This document shows positions 27,529 through 36,021 of a DNA stretch of 42,557 nt, one piece after another. The position numbers were made by a program, and so were the translations under genes. The notes below the pieces were generated by a model. The model was not told where the DNA came from, did no database searches, and saw nothing but the letters and a program-made list of their open reading frames with translations. The DNA comes from Vulcanimicrobiaceae bacterium (lineage in GTDB: Bacteria > Vulcanimicrobiota > Vulcanimicrobiia > Vulcanimicrobiales > Vulcanimicrobiaceae). Position 1 is the first letter of the stretch, and every line of letters begins with the position of its first letter. The stretch lies in NCBI GenBank assembly GCA_046262595.1, contig JBHEMM010000021.1, forward strand, positions 1 to 42,557, in the 5' to 3' direction.

Positions 27529-30370
27529 GCCGCGGCGGCAAACGGCTTGTAAAACGCACTGCGGTTGGACTGGTTCTGCTCGCGCAGGTGTACGCGTTCG
27601 TTCCGGCGCCGGCGCAAGAACGGCAGACGTACGCCTTTGCCGCAAGCGTCACGTGCCCAACCACGCCCGGAAACTATGTCGCCGGCGGGACGCTGGCCGC
27701 CGGCGTGAACAGCTATTGGCAGCCGCCCGCGGGGACGCTTGCGGCAGGCTCCACGACGTTTTCGCTGGGAACGATCGACACCGCGGGCGGCGGCGCCTCC
27801 ACAACGCCGAGCGCCGGCGACGAACTGTTGCTGATCCAGATGCAAGACGGATCCATCAATACGGCCAACAGCGCGGCTTACGGCGGCGGGGGCACCGGCG
27901 GCACCGGTTTCACTTCGCTCGGCAACGCCGGCTTGTACGAGTACGTATCGGTAACCGGCGTGGCGGGTTCCACAATGACGATCCAGGGCNNNNNNNNNNG
28001 ACCGCCACGAACCAGCGTTATCAAATCGTTCGCGTTCCGCAATACACCACGGCAACGCTTTCCGGAAACTTCCGCGCTGCGTATTGGGACGGGAAAACCG
28101 GCGGCGTCGCTGCTATCGACATGGCCTCGACGCTCAACCTCAACGGTGCGTCGGTTTATGCGACCGGCGACGGTTTTCGCGGCGGCGCGCTTTCCGTGTC
28201 GTCCACCTCGCCCACCGCGGTGCTCAACAGCGATTACGTGGATTCCGAGTCGATGAACGGCGGGACGAACCAGCCGGCGTTCGGCGTGAAAGGCGAAGGC
28301 GTGAGCGGTTCGCCGCACGGCGTGTTCTACTACACGACATTTACGACGCCCTCGGCGCCCGCGGGCCCCACAATCGTTACGCCGGGCAGCACCGACGGCT
28401 ATTCCGGCGGTGACATGGGAATGGGCGCGCCGGGCAACGGCGGCGGCGGCGGCACCGACGACAATCCCGTCGCCAACGATCAGAATTCCGGCGGCGGCGG
28501 CGGCGGCGACGGCGGGGCGGGCGGCAACGGCGGCTATCCCTGGACACCGTATTACAGCGGCAACACGGCGCTCTATTCGAATCCCGGCGTGCATACGGGA
28601 ACGGGCTACAGCGCGTTCAACAGCGGCGACATCGGCGGCCGCGGCGGTTCGGCGTTATCGAGCTACGCCTCCGTGTCGCGCGTCTTCATGGGCGGCGGCG
28701 GCGGATCGGGATCGAACAACAACGGTTCCAACAATAATGCTTACACCGCGGACGGCAGCTCGGGCGGTGTCGGCGGCGGCATTATCCTGATGCGTCTTGC
28801 CGATACGAGCGGAACGGCCGCGCATATTTATGCCAACGGCACGACGGGGCTCGCCCCGAACAACGACGGCGGCGGCGGCGGCGGCGCGGGCGGTTCGGTT
28901 GTCATCACTTCTCCGCAAGCGTTCAACAATATCAGCGTTGACGTGAGCGGCGCGGCCGGAACGAGCGCCGATGCAGCGGGTTCGTTTCCCGGCAACCAGC
29001 ACGGCCCAGGCGGCGGCGGAGCGGGCGGCACGCTGGTGAGTTCGAGCAGTGTGACGGCGACGAACGGCGGCGGCGCCCCGGGAACGACAACGCCCAGCGT
29101 GACGACGTACGGCGCGAGCGCCGGTTCGAGCGGCGTCACGTTCAACGGCACGGTGACTTCCGATCAGGTGCCCGGCTTAGGGTCGGGCGCGCAGTGCTAC
29201 ACGTCCGGCACGGTGAACTCATCAACCCTCTACGCGGGGCCGTACGACAGCGGCGAGGCAACGTATCTGGGCGCAAATGAAACGGGGTCGTACGACGGCA
29301 CGCAGCCCGCTTCGAATAACAACGACTTCACCGCGCGCGCCATTGCGTTTCCGACGCCCAGCCCGCAGCCCTCGCCGGTCTTGATCGACACTTCGAGCAC
29401 GGGCAGCGCATTGATTCCCGTCGGCAACACATTCTCGCTCGCCAGCGCGCCGTCGAATAACGTTGCGCATGAAATGTACTACATCGATACGACGGCGAAA
29501 GCGGCGCACACCCTCACGCTGACTGCCGTCGCGCCGATCCTGCCCGCGCAGTGGAGCGTGCAGATCTGTCCCGACGCTGCGGGGTCTCCGGGCTGCGGCT
29601 CGTACACCGCAGGTTCCGGAAAATGCAGCCAGGCGAAGCCGGCAGAGCAGAATACCTGGGAAAGCACCGCGATCGACACTGCCGGTTCGACCGCTTCACT
29701 GCAGTACTGTTACTACAGCGGCACGACGCCCACGGCCCAAGCGGTGACGTTTTGGCTTGTCTACACGGGTCCGACCGGCACGTACACGGCATTTTCGCGG
29801 TACGACGGATACGTGCAAATTCAAGACGATCAACCAACGCCTGCTTCGAACAAGACGCACGACGAACTGTACGCCGGATTTATTCCGGTCGGCAAGAGTT
29901 ATAGCGTCGTAAAGAGCAATTGCACGGGATCGTTAAGCGTACCGGCAAGCGGCGTCTGCCCGGGCGGCGTAATTCAGTACTCGATCAACTATGCGAACAT
30001 TGTGTCCGGCGGCGGCATGGGAACGGAAGGCCAAGTTGCCGCGGCGTTCCCCGTGAGCGGCGCGGGAACGCTGAAGATCACGGACGACGGTTCGGCGAGC
30101 GGTTCGAATTGGGCGACCTACACCGGCGGTTTGACCGGGGCGCTCGGCGCGGGCGTTTCAACGGCAACGCAAGCCAATTGCGGCATCACCTCAAGCAGTT
30201 GCGGCGATACGACGAGCGGGACGACGTGCGTGTACACCGGCGGTGTTTCGGGCGTGGGGGCAACGAAGTTCGTCTGTACCATCGGCGGCGCGACGGGGCA
30301 GCTTTATCCCGCCGCATTCACCGGTAAGACCTCGTCGGGGAGTCTGGTTTTCGCCGCGAAAGTGCACTGA
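27525..30370 (+). CDS. Large secreted Gly-rich adhesin-like protein (candidate tip subunit); spans an assembly gap
   Basis: GTG at 27525 overlaps the upstream stop and is followed by a signal peptide and GDELLLIQMQDG...GNAGLYEY. After the 10-N gap the 27494-frame continues with YQIVRVPQY, WDGKTGG, GFRGG, poly-Gly blocks and a C-terminal domain homologous to 19507-22080. Confidence 0.75.
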
Positions 30371-30752
30371 TCCACGCGCCGAGCGCAAGCGGGCCCGGAA
30401 CGCAGAGCAGCGCAATTGTCGCCGATTCCAGCTGCTGCGCGGCGGTTGCGCCCAAAAACGCGCGATCGATGGACAGCAGCATCGCCGCGAGCGGGACGCC
30501 CGCTAAGAGCGCGCCCATGACCGTTGCCCGGCGCGAGATCGCGATGAGGGCGATCGCAATGATTGCCGACGCCATAATCGAGAGAAACGCCTGCTGCGTA
30601 AACGCGCGCGCCGCTGCAAAGGCGGCCAGGGCGGCGATATTGAGCAGGCGCGAACCGGCATACACGCGCCAACGGCGAATTACGATGAAGCCTATGGCGC
30701 AGAGGTAAGCAGCCGCCGACGTGCCGGCAAGCAGCGTTATTGCCGCGCTCAC
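30318..30752 (-). CDS. Hypothetical multi-pass membrane protein
   Basis: 144 aa with several hydrophobic segments. The GTG start overlaps the stop of an upstream small ORF, and the 3' end overlaps the convergent gene. Confidence 0.45.
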   Translation of the reverse strand: MSAAITLLAGTSAAAYLCAIGFIVIRRWRVYAGSRLLNIAALAAFAAARAFTQQAFLSIMASAIIAIALIAISRRATVMGALLAGVPLAAMLLSIDRAFLGATAAQQLESATIALLCVPGPLALGAWISALSRRKPDSPTRSYR

Positions 30753-30922
30753 CTGCGCCAGCCGGGCGGCGCGCCAATCAGGGGTTGCGGCTGCGGCCCG
30801 TTTTGGCCGCCGTCATCGTGCTTCAGCGAGGACGCGGCTTTCCAACCGTCCGGCACCGCAAGTAAAAACAAAGCGCCGCCCGCAAGTGCGGCCAGCAGAG
30901 CGGCGGACTCGGCGGCATTCAT
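30749..30922 (-). CDS. Small hypothetical membrane protein (57 aa, absent from the ORF track)
   Basis: MNAAESAALLAALAGGALFLLAVPDGWKAASSLKHDDGGQNGPQPQPLIGAPPGWRR*. Its TGA overlaps the GTG of 30318-30752. Confidence 0.4.
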   Translation of the reverse strand: MNAAESAALLAALAGGALFLLAVPDGWKAASSLKHDDGGQNGPQPQPLIGAPPGWRR

Positions 30923-30990
30923 CAAAATGCTTTTCTGCGGTCACACCCCTGTCTCCGCGCGCGTTTTCGCGTTAAGATAGAACCGTTTTC

Positions 30991-32205
30991 ATGAGGATGG
31001 TGCCGGTGCGCCGTATTGTCTATTCGATTGCCGCCGCTTTAGCCTTCGCACTGTTGCCGGCCGGCGCATCCGCGCAATCACGCGTGCAGGTCAATCCCGA
31101 AACCAGCGTCGACCTGCCGTCGGACCCGGCCGGTGCCATGAATACTGCGCGCGAACGCGTCGCCGCCGGGAGTTTGGAAGCGGCGATCACCGGTCTGCAA
31201 AGCTACGTTGCCAACCATCCGGGCGAGGTTGCTCCCGAACGCCTGCTCGGCGATTTGTTTTACCGGAAAACGGAACTCGGCCGCGCCGAGGTGACGTACA
31301 AGCACATTCTCTCCTACGCGCCGGGCGATAAAGAAACGCACAACCGCTTAGGGTCCGTTTACGCCACCGAAAACCGCATCGACGACGCCATCGACGAATT
31401 CAACCGCAGCCTTCCGGGAACCGATTCGGTGCCCGACCTCGTGCTGCTGCACATGCGCCGCGGCGACCTGGACGCGTACAAGCGCACACTCGAAAACGCG
31501 GCGGACCGGTATCCCAACGACGCGGAAGCGCAGCTCGAACTGGGACAAGTGTACGAGGCGATCGATCAGCCGGAGATTGCCGAACGCTTTTTCAAACGCG
31601 CGCTCGATACTGAACCGAACTCGATTATCGCGATGAACAACTTGGGCTTGGCATACATGGACGAGCGCCGCTACAGCGAGGCCATCAAAGAATACACGGT
31701 ATGCCTCGCGCACGAGGCGTACAACTACGCTTGCAAGGACAACTTGGCGGCGACGTATCTGCACATGGCGCAATGGGGCGCCGCCGAACAGCTGCTCGCG
31801 CAGTCGCATCAGCTGCAGCCCGAACGGCCGGAAGCGCTCGTGAACATGGGCTATCTGGCCGACGAACGCGGCGATTGGAAGAAGGCCGTCGTCTATTACG
31901 TCGAGGCGATGACGGTCTATCCGTATGCGCCCGAAGCGTACATTGACTTGGGATATACTTACAACGAGCACGGTCTGTACCAACTCGCGCAATCCGCGCT
32001 TATCAAGGGCCTTGCCGTCTCGCCGCAGGACGGAAAACTTCACTTTCTGCTGGGGGATACGTACTCGCACCAAGGCAACGATGCGCTCGCGGCCGCGCAG
32101 TATCGCGCTGCCGCGGCCGGGCAAGACTTGGACGAAGGCTACAAACGCGTCGCGCAGCAGCGCGTCATGGCGATGACCCGCCCGAAACCTGCCTCAACCC
32201 CGTAG
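30991..32205 (+). CDS. Secreted tetratricopeptide-repeat protein
   Basis: Signal peptide ending AGASA, followed by many TPR units (THNRLGSVY, AQLELGQVY, AMNNLGLAY, ALVNMGYL, AYIDLGYTY, LHFLLGDTY). Confidence 0.9.
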   Translation: MRMVPVRRIVYSIAAALAFALLPAGASAQSRVQVNPETSVDLPSDPAGAMNTARERVAAGSLEAAITGLQSYVANHPGEVAPERLLGDLFYRKTELGRAEVTYKHILSYAPGDKETHNRLGSVYATENRIDDAIDEFNRSLPGTDSVPDLVLLHMRRGDLDAYKRTLENAADRYPNDAEAQLELGQVYEAIDQPEIAERFFKRALDTEPNSIIAMNNLGLAYMDERRYSEAIKEYTVCLAHEAYNYACKDNLAATYLHMAQWGAAEQLLAQSHQLQPERPEALVNMGYLADERGDWKKAVVYYVEAMTVYPYAPEAYIDLGYTYNEHGLYQLAQSALIKGLAVSPQDGKLHFLLGDTYSHQGNDALAAAQYRAAAAGQDLDEGYKRVAQQRVMAMTRPKPASTP

Positions 32206-32241
32206 TTTGCTCAGCGCCCGCGTAGGTTGACACAGCGGGGC

Positions 32242-32616
32242 TCACACCCGGGCGATAGCGTCGATCTCCACCAAAGCGCCCTTGGGCAGCGCACGAACCG
32301 CGACGGTGGAGCGGGCCGGTTTGCTCTCTTCGAAATGCCGCGCGTACACTTCGTTCACCGCCGGGAAATCCGCCATGTCGATCAAGTACACCGTCGTCTT
32401 CACGACATGCGCGAGCGTTGCATTTCCGGCGGAAAGCACGGCGGCAAGGTTGCGCAGTGCTTGTTCGGCTTGCGCGGGCGCATCCGCGCCCGTTAATTCT
32501 GCCGTCTGCGGGTCGAGCGCGATCATGCCGCTGCAAAAGATTTCGTTGCCGGCGCGCACCGCTTGGCTGTAGGGGCCGATCGGCGCAGGGCCGTCTTCGG
32601 ATCGAAGGTATTCCAT
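32242..32616 (-). CDS. ridA: RidA family enamine/imine deaminase
   Basis: PAPIGPYSQAV, SG...LDP, VVKTTVYL.DM.DF..VNEVY, PARSTV.V..LPKGALVEID.IA. Confidence 0.9.
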   Translation of the reverse strand: MEYLRSEDGPAPIGPYSQAVRAGNEIFCSGMIALDPQTAELTGADAPAQAEQALRNLAAVLSAGNATLAHVVKTTVYLIDMADFPAVNEVYARHFEESKPARSTVAVRALPKGALVEIDAIARV

Positions 32617-32636
32617 AAGGGCTCGAGCGTTATGCG

Positions 32637-34088
32637 GTGAATCTACGCAGTCCTGTGAAAACATTTGAAGCGGAGTTTTCCGCGGTCGTGCGTTGGATCG
32701 AGGCTTACTTCGAAAACGTGCGCGAGTATCCGGTGCTCTCGCGCTCCAAGCCGGGCGAGATCGCAGCGGCGTTGCCGGCTGCCGCTCCGGAAGAAGGTGA
32801 ACCGTTCGCGGCATTGATGAGCGATTTCGAACGTATCATTGTGCCCGGAATAACGCATTGGAACAGTCCGCGTTTCTTCGCGTATTTTGCAACGAGCTCT
32901 GCGCCCGTGGCCATCGCCGCCGAAGCGCTCGCCGCGGCGCTCGACGTGAAGGCGATGCTCTGGCGCACCTCGCCGGCGGCCACGGAACTCGAAGAAGTCG
33001 TGATGCGCTGGCTGCGCGATTTGATGGGCTTGCCGGAGTTCTTTACGGGCATCATCTACGACACCGCATCAATCGGCGGATTCACCGCGCTTGCAGCCGC
33101 GCGCGAGTCGCTCGGCTTCGACATCCGTGAAAGCGGAATAACGGGACGCGACTTACCGGTGCTGCGCGTTTACGTGAGCTCGCAAACGCATTCGCATATT
33201 GAAAAAGCATGCATCGCGCTTGGAGTCGGCACCCGCAACGTCGTCAAAATCGCGTGCGATGAAAGCGCGCGCATGGATCCGCAGGCGCTGCGCGCGCAGC
33301 TCGATGCGGATATCGCAGGGGGCAGGCGGCCGATGGCGATCGTTGCAACGGCTGGAACGACGTCCACCACATCGGTCGATCCGCTGCAAGCCATCGCCGC
33401 AGCCGCGCGTGAATACGGGGTGTGGCTTCACGTGGATGCCGCATACGCGGGCTTGGCCGCAATCATGCCGGAATTTCGCTGGGTGCTCGATGGCGCGCAG
33501 CACGCCGACTCGCTCGTCGTGAATCCGCACAAATGGCTCTTCGTTCCGATGGACTGCTCGGTGCTTTACGTGCGCGATCCGAATCTGCTGGCGCGGGCGT
33601 TCGCGCTCGTTCCCGAGTATCTGCGTACGACCGACGAAGGCGTGCGCAACTACATGGACTACGGATTGCAACTGGGCCGGCGCTTTCGTGCGCTCAAGTT
33701 GTGGTTCGTGCTGCGGTATTTCGGTGCGCAGGGTTTGCGTGAAATGCTGCGCTCGCACGTCGCGCTGGCGCAAGAGCTGGCCGCATGGGTCGCGCAAGAG
33801 ACCGGCTGGCGCGTCGTCGCGCCGCATCCGTTTTCGGTGGTCTGCATGCGTTTCGAGCCGCCGGGCGCTCCCGAGGAGTTTTGCGATAGGCTCAATGCCC
33901 GCATCCTCGACGCGGCAAACGCAAGCGGTGAGCTGTTTCTGTCGCACACAAAAGTGGGTGGACGCTTCACGCTGCGCGTCGCCATCGGTAATCTGCAGAC
34001 CACGCGGACGGACGTGCGCCGGGCTTGGGACGTCCTGCTCGAACTGAGCCGGGAGTTCCAAGGTATGAGCGCGGACGGCGGAGGATAA
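32637..34088 (+). CDS. Group II PLP-dependent decarboxylase (aromatic-L-amino-acid decarboxylase-like)
   Basis: YPVLS, PGITHWNSPRFFAYF, SPAATELE, WLHVDAAYAG, PLP-Lys motif NPHKW and LGRRFRALKLWF. Alternative GTG start at 32655. Confidence 0.9.
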   Translation: MNLRSPVKTFEAEFSAVVRWIEAYFENVREYPVLSRSKPGEIAAALPAAAPEEGEPFAALMSDFERIIVPGITHWNSPRFFAYFATSSAPVAIAAEALAAALDVKAMLWRTSPAATELEEVVMRWLRDLMGLPEFFTGIIYDTASIGGFTALAAARESLGFDIRESGITGRDLPVLRVYVSSQTHSHIEKACIALGVGTRNVVKIACDESARMDPQALRAQLDADIAGGRRPMAIVATAGTTSTTSVDPLQAIAAAAREYGVWLHVDAAYAGLAAIMPEFRWVLDGAQHADSLVVNPHKWLFVPMDCSVLYVRDPNLLARAFALVPEYLRTTDEGVRNYMDYGLQLGRRFRALKLWFVLRYFGAQGLREMLRSHVALAQELAAWVAQETGWRVVAPHPFSVVCMRFEPPGAPEEFCDRLNARILDAANASGELFLSHTKVGGRFTLRVAIGNLQTTRTDVRRAWDVLLELSREFQGMSADGGG

Positions 34089-34155
34089 CACCGGAAGGTG
34101 TGAGGCCCGGTAACGTTCGGGAAACTTTTCCATTGTGAGGAGCGGCGCACCGTCC

Positions 34156-36021
34156 ATGGCACAACTGCAGCTCGCGCCGATGCGCGTGCTGATCGTCGAA
34201 GACAGCATCACCGACGCGCATATCCTGCAAGAGTACTTGCGGCTTGGCGAGCATCCGCCGCATGCCGAAGTCGCTGTACGCCTTTCGGATGCCCTCGCGC
34301 TGGCGCGCCAGACGCCGTTCGATGCCGTGCTGCTCGATATGTCGTTGCCCGACGCGCAAGGCGCGGAAGCGGTGCACGCGATCCGCAGCGTGCTTCCCGG
34401 CGTGCCTATCGTGATCTTGAGCGGTGAAGAAGACGAGCACATCGCAACGCTCGCGGTCCAAGCCGGTGCGCAGGACTATCTTATCAAGCGGCAGGTGGAC
34501 GACGCAGGTCTGCGGCGTGCGTTGCGGCATGCGATCGAGCGGCAGCAGTTGCTCGAGCAGCTCGCGCGAAGCCAAGCCCGCTTGCACGAAGAGAATGCGA
34601 TGCTGCGCCGGTTGACCGATGCGGCGGGCCGGGTTTTTGCGGCGCTTGACGTGCGTGCGATGGTGGACGTGCTTGCATCCGAAGNNNNNNNNNNCGGCAG
34701 CGTGGCCCTCTACAAAAAGGGAGCGAAACCGGACGCCTTTTTAACCGCCGCGTTCGACGCGCAAAAGCCGCAGCTCAACCACGACCGCACGCGTTTGGCG
34801 ATGCCGGTTCCCGGCACGTCGGGCCGCAACGAATGGGTGCTGGACATTCGCAGCGCGTCGGGAACGTTCGGTGAGAACGACGTGTTCGCACTGGACCTGC
34901 TGCGCGGGTATACCGGAACGGCGATCCAAAATCTCGCGCTGTTCGGCGAGTTGCAGTCGCAGCGCGCGAGCGTCATCCAGCTCAACACGCTCAAAGACGA
35001 TCTTATTGCCGTGCTTGCGCATGATTTCAAGGGTCCGCTCACCACGATTATGGGCTTTACCGACCTTTTGGAAAACGACGGGATCGAGGGCGAAGACGCT
35101 CGCGGCGCGCTGCGGACGATCCGGCAATCGGCGGTCCGTTTGGCCGCGCTGGCAAACGACACGCTCGCGCTCTCTCGCGTCGAGCAGGGCGACCTCAACC
35201 TCGATGAAAATCCCGTCGACGTTTCAGCGATTCTGCAGGAAGCTGCCGAAGCGCTGCGCGCCGAACGCGCGATCTCGGTCGTGGCGAAAGCCGGCGGCGC
35301 CGTCGTACGCGGCGATCCTGCGCGCTTGCGTCAAGTGATCGACAATATCGTCGGCAACGCGATCAAATATTCCCCGGGCGGCGAGCCGGTGCGCATCGAG
35401 GTTAAACAGACCGAACAGACGATACGCATCTCGGTGAGCGACAGCGGCATCGGCGTGCCGGCAAACGAGATGAACCTCATCTTCGAGCGCTTCCGGCGCG
35501 CCTCGAACGCCAAATCGTCGAAGATCAAGGGAACCGGTCTTGGATTGTATCTAGCCAAAACGCTCGTTGAACGTCACGGTGGAACGATCCACGTGCAGAG
35601 CGCCGTCGGTGAGGGCAGCACGTTCACGCTCGTGCTGCCGCGCATGCGCGATGGTTTAGGGGGCGTGCTTCGGGTCATGCTGCTTACCGCCGACGAACAT
35701 CTCGCGCCTTATGTGCTCTACGAGTTACGCGCGCACGGGCAAGCGGCGCGTCACGACCGCACGTTGACGGCCGCGCTCGAGCGTCTGAGCGTGGAATCGG
35801 CCGACGTCGCCATCGTCGACTGCGACAGCATCCAGGTTCGGCTCGATCCGCCGATGGGCTTGGTGCGCATCGGCGGCCGTGCTGCCGACGCTCATGCCGC
35901 CGGCGAAGGCTGGCACGCGCACGTGCCCAAGCCGTTTTTGGCAGGCGATCTGCGCGAAGCAATTGCGATTGCCGATCGCGCGCGCACGGGCGGCAGCGCA
36001 TGGAAACGCACGCAACGTTAG
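34156..36021 (+). CDS. Hybrid sensor histidine kinase (REC - short GAF-like - HisKA - HATPase - degenerate REC); contains assembly gap
   Basis: VLIVED and LLDMSLPD, H-box AHDFKGPL, N-box NAIKYS, DSGIG, GTGLGL and GSTF. Ns at 34685-34694. Confidence 0.9.
   Translation: MAQLQLAPMRVLIVEDSITDAHILQEYLRLGEHPPHAEVAVRLSDALALARQTPFDAVLLDMSLPDAQGAEAVHAIRSVLPGVPIVILSGEEDEHIATLAVQAGAQDYLIKRQVDDAGLRRALRHAIERQQLLEQLARSQARLHEENAMLRRLTDAAGRVFAALDVRAMVDVLASEXXXXGSVALYKKGAKPDAFLTAAFDAQKPQLNHDRTRLAMPVPGTSGRNEWVLDIRSASGTFGENDVFALDLLRGYTGTAIQNLALFGELQSQRASVIQLNTLKDDLIAVLAHDFKGPLTTIMGFTDLLENDGIEGEDARGALRTIRQSAVRLAALANDTLALSRVEQGDLNLDENPVDVSAILQEAAEALRAERAISVVAKAGGAVVRGDPARLRQVIDNIVGNAIKYSPGGEPVRIEVKQTEQTIRISVSDSGIGVPANEMNLIFERFRRASNAKSSKIKGTGLGLYLAKTLVERHGGTIHVQSAVGEGSTFTLVLPRMRDGLGGVLRVMLLTADEHLAPYVLYELRAHGQAARHDRTLTAALERLSVESADVAIVDCDSIQVRLDPPMGLVRIGGRAADAHAAGEGWHAHVPKPFLAGDLREAIAIADRARTGGSAWKRTQR

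Noticed and set aside
27990..27999. Programmed frameshift or pseudogene in the adhesin gene
   Set aside because: The frame change coincides exactly with a 10-N scaffold gap of unknown true length.
28400..29100. PE-PGRS protein, collagen or GGC microsatellite
   Set aside because: There is no PE domain and no Gly-X-Y periodicity. The GGC runs are Gly codons within a coding domain.
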